Origin: Octopus sinensis | Lineage: Eukaryota | Length of the DNA: 64,000 nucleotides | Reading direction: 5' to 3' | Assembly: GCF_006345805.1 (NCBI RefSeq) | Contig: NC_043006.1 | Coordinates: 104,656,001-104,720,000, forward strand | Shown: piece by piece, positions 1 to 13,824 of the stretch | Position numbering within the stretch: the stretch's first letter is position 1 | How the letters are laid out: each line of letters opens with the position of its first letter | The notes under the pieces: generated by a model | Seen by the model: only the letters and a program-made list of their open reading frames with translations | Told to the model about the DNA's origin: nothing | Databases searched by the model: none | Translations under genes and position numbers: made by a program

Positions 1-70
1 TTCCCCTCGGAGTCAATAAAATAATTACCAGTTGACTACTGGGGTCGGTGTAATCGACTACGGCCCTCCT
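1..70 (+). mobile_element. 3' fragment of SINE family A (octopus OK-like, Meta/Sauria-like central domain)
   Basis: Matches the 'gtcgataaattaagtaccagtt..ctggggtcgatgtaatcgact' segment of the full copies at 35462 and 42358. Confidence 0.6.
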
Positions 71-249
71 CAGATATTACCTACCTTTTCCCAAAAATAC
101 AAACTAGTATTCATAAAAAAAGGCATCGGACGAGCGATGCATACACTGCGAACACACAAGGATAAAATAAAATTTAATTTAATAAATATATTTTCAGAAA
201 AATTCCTATTTCAACAAAATTACCAGAGTTATTTCCCCTGCTTATCATT

Positions 250-440
250 TATGCATATGTAGCAAAGAAAAATGATTCCCCTGTCCCCTAGTTTTGAAGA
301 TAATCAAACCAAAATTTTATGATTTCGAGCCATTAACCCTATGAGTATTTCTGCCAAACTTGGGTGAAAACCTGTCCTGCAGGTTCCCAGTAATTTTGCG
401 AACACACAGAAAACCTGACTAAGACGAGCGACTACTATAC
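250..440 (-). mobile_element. Degenerate Helitron/Helentron-type non-autonomous 5' module
   Basis: Reverse strand reads 'ctgtgtgttcgcaaaattactgg...ggttttcacccaagtttggcag', resembling the 5' modules at 34714 and 37691. Confidence 0.3.
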
Positions 441-811
441 TCTGCTTTCACTTATGCGCGCAGCGTAATAATGTTTGCAACTTTTAAAAAGCTTCAAACA
501 AAAACATTTTAATTTTCTTATCCTCGTGCGATATATTTTCACATCCCCAAATAGATTTAGAGCTATTTTTAATATATTCCTCCAGCTCGCCAAAACCAGT
601 CGTTTCGATAGTGAATGAGTGTATGGTACTGAGAGTGGAAATGACAGCGAGATACGGGTATTTATCACCTTCTTTAACTGATAGGGTAAAATCGTTTCGT
701 CTCGACTGGAGGTGTACTGCGCTTTTAAACACAATGCGTCTTCAAGACATATACCCTGAATGACGAAGCTCAGCTTCATAGAGTTTAACCACGGACATTA
801 AGTCTGTCATT

Positions 812-905
812 AATAAAGTACTAGGCTTACAAAGAATAAGTCCTGGGGTTGATTTGTTCGACTAAACATGGCCGCGGTCAAAAGACTGAAACAAATAAAA
901 GAAAG
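812..905 (+). mobile_element. 3' fragment of SINE family B (CORE-type, OR1-like)
   Basis: 'aagtactaggcttacaaagaataagtcctggggt...catggccgcggtcaaagactgaaaca' matches the tail of the copies at 16013 and 61597. Confidence 0.75.
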
Positions 906-1156
906 ATCCCAACCTACATTCCTATATGCATTTATACATATAGATACTTGCACGAAGCAAAGAATACTTGGCAAGTACATCCAAATTAGGCACACATACG
1001 ATCGCACACAAATATAAACAGACTCGAAAATGTAAACATGCGTAGTTATAGATATGGAAACCTAGCAATCTAGCAAGATTGGCAGAGAGGCGGTTAGTCA
1101 AATAGACAGATAAATAGATAGACAACTTGGTAGTTAGATAGCTTTATAGTCAGTAG

Positions 1157-1344
1157 ACTTGAGTCAACGTAATGGATTTACTCCGTCCCTCGAAATCGCA
1201 GCTTTGAGTCAAAATTTTTAAACCAAAATCCGTTTTGGACAATTTATCTCTTCTTGTGAGAGTGATTTATATTTGTTTTGAAGTAGAAAAATATTTATAA
1301 AACACACTCACCGGTAAAATTTCCATTCGTTTCCTTCTTTATTT
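1157..1344. repeat. 188-bp arm of a perfect inverted duplication (partner 5165-5352)
   Basis: Base-by-base reverse complement of 5165-5352, no mismatch seen. Confidence 0.9.
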
Positions 1345-1409
1345 TTCTGAAATTTTCGTTGCCTCTTGCAACCTTTTCAATAGTTTTGAGTCAAAACTAT
1401 TGAAAAGGT
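1303..1409 (-). mobile_element. Short PLE-terminus-like repeat with degenerate hammerhead motif and 19-bp fold-back
   Basis: Same family as 46475-46567 ('ctattgaaaaggttgc...gcaacgaaa...accggtgagtgtgtt'); hairpin 1371-1389/1391-1409. Confidence 0.55.
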
Positions 1410-1531
1410 CACGTCGCTTACATCAGGGAATGCGATAAATGCAGATTGTGCCACAAGACAGTTGTGAAACAAGTAATAACGTTGTATGCTTATGTGTATT
1501 TATGGGCACGCGTGCATGGGTGTGTATATAT

Positions 1532-1763
1532 ATTTCTTTACTACCCACAAGGGGCTAAACACAGTGGGGACAAACAAGGACAGACAAACGGATTAAGTCG
1601 ATTATATCGACCCCAGTGCGTAACCGGTACTTATTTAATCGACCCCGAAAGGATGAAAGGCAAAGTCGATCTCGGCGGAATTTGAACTCAGAACGTAGCG
1701 ACAGATGAAATACGGCTACGCATTTCGCCCGACGTGCTAACGTTTCTGCCAGCTCGCCACCTT
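1532..1763 (-). mobile_element. Full-length SINE family A monomer with 16-bp TSD
   Basis: Head 'aaggtggcgagctggcagaaacgttagc', B-box-like 'gagttcaaattcc'; TSD atgggtgtgtatatat at 1516-1531 and 1764-1779. Confidence 0.9.
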
Positions 1764-1784
1764 ATGGGTGTGTATATATGCACG

Positions 1785-2135
1785 TATTTACTCAGCAATG
1801 TCTAGCTCCACTGCTTTTCCGCATTGCGTGTCATCCCGTGAACATTTGTAAAAGGAAAGATTTTGAATTTTCCGTTGCTGCATATTTCCAGTTGCTTACT
1901 TAACGAAATCTTGTCGGATATGCTGTCTGTGTATTATTACTCGTTTGCAGAGCGAATAACTTGTTTCGCCAATGTAATTTTCTTTGCAGATTGGGCAGAT
2001 AATGCAGTATATGAGGTTCTGCGTTTTGCAGATCATATCTGTATTCATTTTGAACGAGAATCCACTCCTGAATTTTATGTGGGAACCAATTTCCAAGTAT
2101 TTAAAGTTGTTGCTGTTGCATGATCCACATTTATC
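1785..2135 (-). mobile_element. Penelope-like element GIY-YIG endonuclease remnant (Neptune-like Cys-rich linker)
   Basis: ORF 1896-2267 contains KCGSC...MICKTQNLIYCIICPICKENYIGETSYSLCKRVIIHRQHI (LIY...YIG, R, H motifs). Confidence 0.85.
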
Positions 2136-2395
2136 TCCACATTCTGATTCATTCATAGATTGTTGTTGTTGATATCGTTTCGGCCGTCTACGAAGTTGCG
2201 GTAACATCACAGACGGATGCAACAATAGCAACAACACGACTAACAACAATGGCAACAACAACAACAACTACTACTACCATGATAGCAACAGCGTGGGCAA
2301 AACACGCACAAACAGAGTGAATTACCAGAACAGTACAAAAAGTTGCTTTGAAAGGCAGCAGCAGCAACGGGGTAGGAACGTACACACACACACAC

Positions 2396-2445
<50 letters not shown>

Positions 2446-2808
2446 GCATGCAGATAAAAGATTACATATCATAGAAGAACAGAATGGAATAAGCAGGGCA
2501 TGAGGATAAACGAAGACGGAAAATGTCGCTGAGGAGGTGACGAAAGATTTCCGGTGAATGGACATGAATTAGAATAAAAATAGCAATGAATGAGTGAAGA
2601 ACGAATATATAATGCGTGTGCTTATTTGGAAAAAAAATGACCGTTCCGAAATACAACAATATATGTTTCAACACCCGATTTCACATCAGGAATTTTGCAA
2701 CACAAATTCATAAACGTATGTATATATATCTGTGTGTGTGTGTGCGTGTGCGTGCGTGCGTACGTGCGTACGTGTGTGTGTGTGTTTGTGTGTGTACATA
2801 CACGTATG

Positions 2809-3683
2809 CGCGGGGGTACCTAAAAGAAATCGGAATTTGCTTTACATGTTTGAATTTTTATCACTTTCAAAGTATTCTCCATTAGAAGCAATGAATCGGT
2901 TTTGGCCCGTTTTCCACTATTCGAAGCAGCGCTGGAACCCTTACGAAGTGAGGCCTTTTAAATCCTCTGTTGTTTGTATCTTCACCCCTTCCACATCTGC
3001 AAATTCTTTAGTATCAGCTTTCATCGCCAGTGATGACTTCCGAAAAAAGATCCGGATCAACTTCCAACTGTTCTTTCCGTTTACGACACGCATTCAGTCG
3101 TGACTGCTTTTGATGTCCTGTGAACAAGCAAGAGACAAATTTTGCTGCGGCTCTTTTCATTCGCAATTCTTTGCTCAAAATTCGTTAGCAGCAGCTCCAG
3201 GAAACACCAATCATATCAACAAGTTCGTCAAACGTTCTGTGGCTGTGCGCCACTTCATCAATTTTTGTGATGTTTTCATTCGTTCGGGAGATCGACGGTA
3301 GTCTTGAACGAGGTTTGTCTTCAAGCGACAAGTCACCATTTCTAATGCTTCAATAATACTCGTAATCTTGTGTTTTGCTCATGACAGCGCCCTTGTAAGT
3401 AGTTTGAAGCATGACAACTTTCGGCCGCTGTTTTCCCTTGCAGGAAACAGAATTTCACGGAAGCATGTTGTTGCTTCGTTTCAGCTATCGCAAAAAATCG
3501 ACGAACAGGGGAGAAGCACTGCAATACAAAGATGCACCACGTTGCAGAAGGACTTCAGTCGACGACGCCGGTCGGCAAACTGATGTCGGAGGTACGCATC
3601 AAGTGGCTTCTAGTAGCAGAACTCTGAACTACAGTAGACTGTTCCATAGAGAATGTTTCCGGTTACTTCTGGGTATCTCCTTG
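2809..3683 (-). mobile_element. Internally deleted mariner transposon
   Basis: Imperfect ~26-bp TIRs (ggggtacctaaaagaaatcggaa / ttccggttacttctgggtatctcc); fragments QHASVKFCFLQGKTAAE, AAAKFV, VITGDES (first catalytic D) and C-terminal FQRCFE..IASNGEYFE; frameshifts and stops. Confidence 0.85.
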
Positions 3684-3878
3684 TATGTATGAATATCTGT
3701 ATCTATCTATTAATGGCTTGAAAAGGTTTAACGAAAGCGCTCACACACTAGGAAAAAACGTCTTCCTAATTAAGGCTAAAACGTACTCATCTTCATCGCA
3801 TTTTTTTTAGATAATTTTTTTTCGAAAATTAACTTTACACTTCAAAAAATATATTAAGTAATCCTCATAGACTTTCAA

Positions 3879-4200
<322 letters not shown>

Positions 4201-4897
4201 CACTATCTCAGTATGTATATATATTTACTTATATGCCTCTTTGTGTGTGTGTGTCTGTGTGTGTGAGTGTGTGTGTGCGCGCGTGTGTGTGTGTGTCTGT
4301 GTCTGTGTGCACGTGTTGAATTTTGTGTTTGTAAAGAGAATGAATCCGATATAAAGGCCTAGGAAAAAAGAGGATGAGTGAAAGGCTGAAGTGAATACAG
4401 GAGAGGGACAAAGAACAGAAATAGAATTTACGTTATCAAGTGATACAACTAATTACAAAAAAAGAAATACAAATTTAATTACAAAAAAAAAAATATAATA
4501 AAATTCGGTCTGTAACAAATTTTAATTAATCCGTAACATTACAAAATGTCTCAAAGCTAAAATTTCTTAAGTTAATAATGTAAGAGGATACTTAAAAGTA
4601 TTGTGGTGCTGTTTACCTTTTTTTCTTTTCGCTTTTATATCTCAAAGATATGTGAGGGTATAGCATAAAGATGGAAAACCTGTTGATATTACACATCTAT
4701 TTAACTGTCTGTCTGTCTGTCCGTCCGTCTATTTATCTGTCTTCCCATCTCCCTGTCTGTCTATCTATCTATCTATCTGTCTGTCTATCCATTAATCAAG
4801 CTAATATCAAGCTATCTATCTCTTTATCTCTCTCTCTTCCCCTCTCTCTCTCTATATATATATATAGATATATATATTTATATATACATATATGATA

Positions 4898-5073
4898 GAT
4901 CGCTAGCCACTACACGCATTTTTCTCTCCTTGTTTCTTTCTGTGTTCCTTTCTGTAGAAGAGCGTAGGCTCGAAACGTTAAAGACTTTTTCAATTCCCGA
5001 GCGTTATAATACATCTGTTTGTTGTCTACACCACCTGTCTTCGTGTTTTTTTTATTTTTGTGAATTCTCTCTC

Positions 5074-5078
<5 letters not shown>
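4898..5078 (+). mobile_element. Short (TA)n-associated element (family H) with variant minimal hammerhead at 4947-4984
   Basis: Homologous copies at 30770, 47423, 59844; motif cttt-CTGTAGAA-gagc-gtag-gctc-GAAACGTT-aaaga; ends in (TA)n. Confidence 0.75.
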
Positions 5079-5137
<59 letters not shown>

Positions 5138-5164
5138 TATTTTTTCTATTACCACTGTATATAT

Positions 5165-5352
5165 AAATAAAGAAGGAAACGAATGGAAATTTTACCGGTG
5201 AGTGTGTTTTATAAATATTTTTCTACTTCAAAACAAATATAAATCACTCTCACAAGAAGAGATAAATTGTCCAAAACGGATTTTGGTTTAAAAATTTTGA
5301 CTCAAAGCTGCGATTTCGAGGGACGGAGTAAATCCATTACGTTGACTCAAGT
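5165..5352. repeat. 188-bp arm of inverted duplication (partner 1157-1344)
   Basis: Exact reverse complement of 1157-1344; runs on into a decayed family A SINE (to ~5472). Confidence 0.9.
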
Positions 5353-5967
5353 GCTTCAGAGATATTAAATTTATCGTCCTCGAAATGATGGAAGGCAAAG
5401 TTGAGGAAGATCGAGATGCCGCTAGATCATTTTGCCCGGCGTGCTTGCGATTCTGCCTGCTCGCCGACCTTTGACCAGCTCAGATATTACAAAGAAATGC
5501 CCCATGCTTTAATCTAAATACTTTTAGTGTGCCTCATTAGAACCCCCTGCGTCACAATATCGCATGTAATGGAGTGATTGTACTTGACTAGTAATTAGTA
5601 TTTCAGTATAGATTGAACCTTAGTCTTGTTTGTTGCATGGCTTGTGACTGGATGTATCGGACGTCTAGTTTTTGTGGGTTTGCAATCCTCTCTCTCTGTC
5701 TCTCTGTCTCTCTTTCTCTCTCGCTTCCCCCTCTCTCTCTCTCTCTATCCCTCTCCCATACACACCCTTTATAGACACATATATGAGAGAGTAAAATGAT
5801 GGAGGTGGCGGGCGACAGAATGAGTGAGAGAAAGAAAGAAAGACAGATATATGTGTGTGTGTGTGTGCGTACGCGCGCCCGCACGGGTGCATGTGCGTGC
5901 TTGTTTAAAAATTTCCTATTCAGCATTTCTCCCCCCTCTCTCTCTCTCTCCCCCTCTCTCTCTCCCC

Positions 5968-6002
<35 letters not shown>

Positions 6003-6542
6003 GAAAAATTCTAAAACGGAAATTATCTGAAACTTTCGAACATCTTATCAAGTGCTCCGAGCTATAACAGGAAAATAATTAATTATAATTCATTCGCATT
6101 TCATTCTACACTAAATTTATCAACATTATCATTTTGCTTTCTTCAAAATTAAACATAAAACAATACAATCAATAGAAAGTTTTTTTAAAAAAAAACACTG
6201 TTTGGACACAGTCGGTTGCCGATACGACTGTCTATGAATGAATATACATGGTGTGAAAAATTGAAAAATGATATCACATGCCATATGTCACACATCAAGA
6301 ACCTTGACTCCCGACCATATCCCGTTCCGTTAGCAGCGGTGTACGAGTCCAGTGTGGTCTCTATGTTCGAACATAATCCATTTCAGAGATGTGTACATTA
6401 AATTGTTCGTTACATGAGTATTTGAAATACAAATAAATAGGGGTAAAACTTCACATAAAGTCATGAAATAATGTTTTATTTGCTGTCTATCGATAGAAGA
6501 TATATAGTTATATGCAGTTATATACATACATACATACATACA

Positions 6543-6578
<36 letters not shown>

Positions 6579-6582
6579 TATA

Positions 6583-6849
6583 TCACCGTGACCGACCAGG
6601 CTATCAGATGTTGCTACACATCGCTGGTCACAATGCCCTTCGCATTGTTTTAGCCTTAAAATGACGCCACCACACTGGCTAAGCAAGCAGGCCAACAGAA
6701 GAAAGAGTGAGAGAAAGTTGTGGCGAAAGAGTACAGCAGGTATCGCCCCATTAGCCCTGCCGGATTCCCGGTCTGGGAATCGAAACCGCGATCCTACGAC
6801 TGCGAGTCCGCTTCCCTAGCCACTGGGCCACTGGGCCACTGTGCCTCCA
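6583..6849 (-). mobile_element. SINE family C (tRNA-like head)
   Basis: Reverse strand head 'tggaggcacagtggcccagtgg...gcggactcgcagtcgtaggatcgcggtttcgattcccagaccggg'; homologous to 20299 and 56975. Confidence 0.8.
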
Positions 6850-6917
6850 AACACACACACATACACACACACATATATATATATACACACACACACAAAT
6901 ATGTATGGCTATATATT

Positions 6918-7130
6918 TTTTTACTTGTTTCAGTCATTTGACTCTGCCCATGCTGGAGCACCGCCTTGAGTCGAACAAAGTGACCCTAAGACTTATTCTG
7001 TGTAAGCTTAGTACTTATTCTATCGGTCGCTTTTGCAGAGCCGCTATGTTACGGGGACGTAAACACACCAACATCGGTTGTCAGGCAATAGTATGCGGGG
7101 ACAAACACAGACACACAAACGACCGGCTTT
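6918..7130 (-). mobile_element. SINE family B, 3' half
   Basis: 'tttcagtcatttgact..ccatgctggagcaccgcc...acggggacgtaaacacacc' consensus. Confidence 0.85.
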
Positions 7131-7379
7131 TATACACGCTTTCCTAATCACGTCTATGCGTGCGTTGTCGTAATCTACACGTAATATATTGTAAAATTTT
7201 CAGCTCGCCATGCGAGTTAAATTTTCTTATTAACAAGTTTTCATTAATTTTTTTCGTAAAGAGAATCATTGGTATATGGGTACTTCATTATACTTTTCTT
7301 GAACTAACTGGGAGTGCCTAAACTTTTGTATTATTTATTTTATATTGTTTACCAGATTTCAATCTTATTGACTTGTAAA

Positions 7380-8125
7380 CACACAACGCAGAACTTCTGC
7401 TACGGCCTTATAGGAAATATGAAGAAGATCAAAGTTCTCAAACTGCTCGTTCAAAAAGACCAACTTCTCCGATTTCAATATTTCTGACATATTCTAAAAC
7501 AAGTAGACCACTCCTCTCTCTTGGATATATTCTTTCCAACAAGTGAACTTCCGAAAAGAATGTGGAACACAGAATTCGACTATTCTAGACAGAATTTGGA
7601 AACTGGCGAAAGTAGTCCTTAAGAACAAATTTGTCGTCCCTCATCAAAAGCTGATTGTCTATTAAGCTTTCATTATCTCAGAATTATTATTCTTCTGTAA
7701 AACTTGGGCACTTTCTCTTCGCGTCAGCTGAAGCAGACATTCCACCATCAAATTGTGTGATCTCAGTGAAGAAAGAAATTTCTTCGTGAAAACATTTTCA
7801 GGGAATTAACCAGCGAGTAAAGACCGCGCGGATGTTCTTTCTAGTACGAAGAAGACCCAAAGGTCAATTAGAATCAGCGCTCAAAATGGCTGGGATTGAG
7901 ATAAAATATTGGAAATACAAGACCAGGACTGTCTCAACTGGTGTCAAGTTATCACAGTAATAACTGAAGTAAAAAAAAGCGGAAGGAAAATTGACAGAAA
8001 AATCTAGCAATCAGAAGATGGACGTCTACGCTATGAACATATAGGAACTATTCAATCAAAAGAAAATTCTTGGATACGAGAAATAAACGTCGACGATGAC
8101 GACGGCGACCATGACCACGACGACG
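7380..8125 (+). mobile_element. Decayed RTE-clade LINE, RT C-terminal region
   Basis: Interrupted peptides KQVDH..LG, NVEHRI, LIVY*AF, LLFFCKTWA, TFHHQ resemble RTE 'F.YLGS..E..RI..A...LLY.CETW...FH'; ends in a (GAC/GAT)n tail. Confidence 0.6.
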
Positions 8126-8147
8126 ATGTATTCATACATTTAAATAT

Positions 8148-8562
<415 letters not shown>

Positions 8563-9078
8563 GTTGTAAATTAGGTCTTGTATTTGAAAATAAGAGAGTT
8601 GCAAATGTTCTTTGACTTTAATTGCTATATTTAATCAAGTTAATATTTCCCCCTCCTTATTGATAAAATATTTCCATCTATTTGGCAAATTGTTGATCCC
8701 TCGAGCATAAAATTATTCAGGCTTCGAAACAAAGAAACAATCAATATAGTTTAAAACTCTTTAAAGTTAATAAACTATTTTCACTTTGGGCTATGATCTA
8801 AAATGATAAATGTTAGATGAAGCGAAACGTCCGTATTTAGTGCTACAAACTTTTCCTGGGTGACATTTGGTCGGGTAAACAAAGAGGTGTAGGTTCGTGT
8901 TCTACACGTACGGGAAAACCTATCTTTTTCTTTTTGTCGAGGGCTTACATGTCCCATTATTAGAATAATTTCTTTAGTCATTGCGCGGTGATCGCTCATA
9001 AGCTTTAAGCTTATAAAATACTATTTCTATTAATTACAGAATTGTAAAAATTGACGCTGCTTAACAAAACCATCACAG

Positions 9079-9144
<66 letters not shown>

Positions 9145-9424
9145 GTATACGCATTAGCTTTTCGCTAAATCATCCATAAATTTTAATGGTATAAACATAT
9201 ATGCTGACAGAGGGAATTAGCCGACCATGCAACGATGTCTACAGTATAGGCGAAATTAGATCTAGTTTTGTGGCGATTGCCTTTCCTGTCAGCATGTGTG
9301 TATACATTTTATCCTCCTCCTACAGCATTGAGAATATTTTAACTCTTATTTCTATCGGCATGCTTAGTCTCACTTAGTGATGATTGAATTTTTTCCTTTA
9401 TGGTGTCACACTGCCCTGGCATTT

Positions 9425-10980
9425 TATATTAGATTACACACGGGACGACCTAGGTATGCTCAAATACCTTCCTGAAACAATTAGTAAAAAAAGCCACTAG
9501 TAACCTTCGATGTAATCAGCCTGTACTATAATATCCCTCATATCCTAGGAATAAAGGCAATCCAATTCTGGCTAGAGAATTACTCCAATGAACTCCCACA
9601 CCGCATCAAAAATGAAGTCGTAATAGAAGGGCTAAAAATCATCTTGAAGAATGGCTTCTTCGTATTCGATGAGAACTTCTATTGAGAAAAATCAGGGACT
9701 GCGATGGATAAGAGAATGGTCCCACCTAGAAATCACTCTATCGTAAGGTACTAGAAAAATACGAAAATTTATTCTCCCTTTACATAGGAAATAACTAGAA
9801 GAGATATCAAGATGGCTGCTTCATTCTTTGGTATGAAACTATAGAGACTTAACATATTTCAAGCACTTCGAAATGGACTTGACACAAGCATTCAATTTAC
9901 GATGGAATATAGCCATCAAAAATTTCCTTTCCTCGACATGCTCATTAAGAAATCCAAATAAAAACAGACATATACTATAAGCTCACGGATTCCAAGAAAT
10001 ATCTTCCGTTCAACTCATGCCACTCAAGACACATTAGAATGAACATCCCTTTCAATCTGACCAAAAGGATTTGCGCTGTAGTGTCGGATACAAGTACGAG
10101 GAATACACACCTACATGAGCTAAAGGATACACTCATCAGCAAGAATTACTCACCATCTCTAATTAATATAAGTTTTCAACGTGCCCTACAGCTTAACGTC
10201 CACGAACTCAGACATCCTAAACCAAAGAATGAATTACGACTAAAAGCCCTATCATACATATCCGCCCACAACCCCTAAACAATGAGGCCTTCGACACTAT
10301 CCTCCAGAATATCCCTTCACTAAAAAGGGGCCATTGAATCAAGGAAATCCTCCAAACGCGCACCATCATAAAAAGCAAAAGACAGCACAAGTCAATGGAA
10401 AGTATTCTAACACAAGCTCAAGTACAATGGTCGACAACATCGATACTGACAGTAAAAAAAATGTGGAAGACCTTACTGTTGTATTTGAGTCAACCTAATT
10501 GAGGGATCAGAGTTCTCCTTCAAAAAAGGTCGGAAAGCCTGGTATCTGTGTTTACTTGCTCAGGGTGTCGAGAGCAATATATTGGTCAAACTAAAAACAG
10601 TCTACGCCAGAAGATGATCGTACATAGATCCCGGATTAAAATACAGGAATATAGAAAAATAGCATTAAGTGAACACATCGACATTTGCGTCACTAACGAA
10701 CAACCCAACTTTAGAATTTTTCCCCTGCATAAATTTAGGGCCAATGCAACCTATGATCAACGCATTAGAAAAGAATTATATTTTATCGCAAATATAAACA
10801 TCTTTTGAATGCTTCCACTACAGATGACTCCACTACAGGATCGGAATAATACCCACGGAAATATTAAAACAATGGATATATTTAGAACAGTTACTATCCA
10901 CGAATTTATTTAGAACAGACCCTGCAGCTACTGCTACTACATCCGTGAGGCCACTTGACCATTAAAGCAGATTCCACAAA
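9425..10980 (+). mobile_element. Decayed Penelope-like retroelement, RT plus GIY-YIG (Neptune-like)
   Basis: FDVISLYYNIPH, GTAM, RYQDGCF (decayed RYIDD), PFLDMLI, NIPFNLTKRICAVVSD (ORF 10039), FTCSGCREQYIGQT..LRQKMIVHRS..ALSEHIDIC..RIRKELYFI (ORF 10548). Confidence 0.9.
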
Positions 10981-11010
10981 CATCCTGTACTACTGGTTAA
11001 TACCACTCCG

Positions 11011-11101
11011 TTCTTCTTCTTCTTCTTCTTCTTCTTCTTTTTCTTCTTCTTCTCTTCTTCTTCTTCTTCTTCTTCTACTTCTTCTTCTCTTCTTCTTCTT
11101 C
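11011..11101. repeat. (TTC)n microsatellite
   Basis: Direct reading. Confidence 0.9.
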
Positions 11102-11304
11102 TCCGCCCGCCCTTCGCCTTCTCCTTCTTCAGCTGCCGCTGCTTAAAACATCAGACTTCAGAGCCAAATATATCCTTACATCCATAAACACAATTTTTCA
11201 GATCTGCTACTACCTACCTTCATTACGAACCTTCCCGAAAGAAAAAAGAGAGAGACGCACGCACACAGGCAAAAAAAGGAAATGTCCCACCTTTTTGAAG
11301 ACTA

Positions 11305-11730
11305 TTCTTTTATGTGTTTCAGTTGTTTGACTGGGGCCATGCTGGAGTCACGCCTTTAGTCGACTTCATGACTTATTCTTTGTAAGCCTAGTACTTATTC
11401 TATCGATCGCTTTTACCCAACCACTAAGTTACGGGGAAGTAAACACACCAACATCGGTTGTCAAGCGATGGTGGGGACAAACACAGACGCACGAACTTAT
11501 ATATACATATATGGAGGGTTGAATTTACAACCCCTATCTAATTTTATATACATATATATATATATTCGACGGGCTTCTTTCAGTTTCTGTAAAGCAAATC
11601 TACACCTAAGGCATTAGTCGGCCCGAGGCTAGAGCAGAAGACACGTACCTAAGGTGCCATGCAATGGGACAGACACCGGAACCATGTGGTTGGGAAGCAA
11701 TCTTCATACTACACAGCCATGCCTACGCTT
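11305..11730 (-). mobile_element. Full-length SINE family B (CORE-type, OR1-like)
   Basis: tRNA-like head, CORE-like 'ggcaccttaggtacgtgtcttct', internal TA tract, family B tail. Confidence 0.85.
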
Positions 11731-12010
11731 ATATGGAAATATTTACAAAACATTTCATTTAATCTTTTCTGCAACTTAATTGTTTTTCTTAACTAGCCTT
11801 TGTTTTACTCTTAGCTGAAACGTCGAAAAGGCAGAAACCGGTACCAACCGTTAGAAAATGTATTTCAAGACAAAATTATTGTACGATTTTCTACCTTGTT
11901 TTATTTTCCTGATACATATCGACTCGTGCGTCACTTTCAACATCCGCGCGCACACACACACACACAACATTGCATTGTACTTACAAGTTTGTGTGTGTAT
12001 ACATATTTCT

Positions 12011-12158
12011 TATTTCTTTATTGCCTACAAGGGGCTAAACGTAAAAGGGACAAACAAGGACTGACAAAGGGATTAAATCGATTACATCAACCCCAGTGCG
12101 TAACTGGTACTTAATTTATCGACCCCGAAAGGATGAAAGGCAAAGTCGACCTCGGCGG
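12011..12158 (-). mobile_element. 5'-truncated SINE family A with 16-bp TSD
   Basis: TSD gtgtatacatatttct (11995-12010) / gtgtatacacatttct (12159-12174). Confidence 0.85.
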
Positions 12159-13824
12159 GTGTATACACATTTCTGTGTAGAGATAGAGCAAAGGACGAGT
12201 CATGATAATGATCATAATTTGTGCAATTAATATAGCGATACTAATGCTAGCAAATGACAACTTCCATGGATCGAAAACTGTTCACCTGATCTAAACGGTA
12301 GGAATACATTTTTACATTACTATGTTAGTACTTATTTTACAAAGACTTACAATCTATTTTGTTTGTTTTTTTTAGCTGTATTTTATTTTGTTTCTGTATA
12401 TGATGCAAGATATGGAAATGTCAGTTTTGTGTTTAAATGTTCCAAGATCTTCAGATCAATAGTTACAATTGCATTATTGTTATTTTCTTTTGCTCTACAT
12501 CCTGTTAAGTTTACGAGATAAATAGCTGCAGTCACATGTCAACAACCGCACTTCAATAACAAAAAAATATGAAGAAAAAATTGCCAACGACATCAATAAA
12601 AACGAACATTAGCTAATTTCAACTTGAATTTGTAGAAAAAATATTACATGTAAAATAAAAAAGAAATTTTTGTCTTCCAAATTATATTAAGGAGTGATGG
12701 AATTCACTTTAAGTAAGCGAAGCAGTAAATTAGTTATTCTGTTTACAATGTTATAAAGAACTAAATGGTTAATTATACTTCTCACCTAATTCATATCATT
12801 AGCCACTGCCGCATTTTTCAGCTGTTCTCTCTCTCTCTCTCTTTCCCACTTTTTCTCTTTTTCTCTCTGTCTCTTCCCCGCTCACTCTTTGGGTTGTTAT
12901 TTTAAAAATACTATTTGTTTACTTTTCTCTACACCTGGTATTCTCAGTCGTACATATCTCTGCTGTTGTAAATATCTCTGCTGCAATAATCAAGGAACAT
13001 CTTCAATGTCCGCTGTTAAAAGAAACAAAACAAATATATTAAATATTTCAAAGCAGCAAGAAAGGAAAATAAAGGGAATAAAAACCTAATTTTTCAAAAA
13101 GAAGAAAAAAAAACATCAACTCTTCTCTTTCTCTGTTTCTTCGTCCCCCTCTCTCAGACATCTGTCCTTTCACTCTCTTCCCAGGTATGTTTTGCATGGT
13201 TTCTGCTCATTCATTACCGATTTTTCGTTTTTCTTTTATTTTCGATAGATCTCTCTTACTTACATCTGGTGTTTATCGATATAATTCAGCTTCTTACTAA
13301 TAAACATCTAATAGTTAACACGCATTGTTTCATGTTGATATAATCCTTAAACTGATTAAATTGAAATAAGATTACAACCAACATATCGAAAATAACCATT
13401 GCATGTCTTATCTACAAGACAATGCAGTGGTATTGACCATGAAGCATCGATAACTAGATGCAATGAGAAATTTACAGATCGTTTTATTTGCATTAATTCA
13501 GTGACAAACAATAATTAATTTACGAAAGAAGAAGATGATAAATTGAGAGAAGAAAAAGATATAGTAAGTATACACAAGGTACAGAGGTATACACAACCAC
13601 CCACTCAGTTATGCATTGCTCTAAGGGAAACTCTTGTTGCACTCTAAAAATTTTTGTGACATACCAAATCACTTATGGCCTTACAGTGGGTGATTGCGTG
13701 GCTGAGGTACTGGAATAGACGGGTACTTTCCACAGCTTCATTTGATGCATCGGTGAGGCGCGAGGCAAAGGAAGTCAAAGGGTTCTTTCTCAACGGTGCA
13801 GTATATCGCAACGTATTGATTTCA

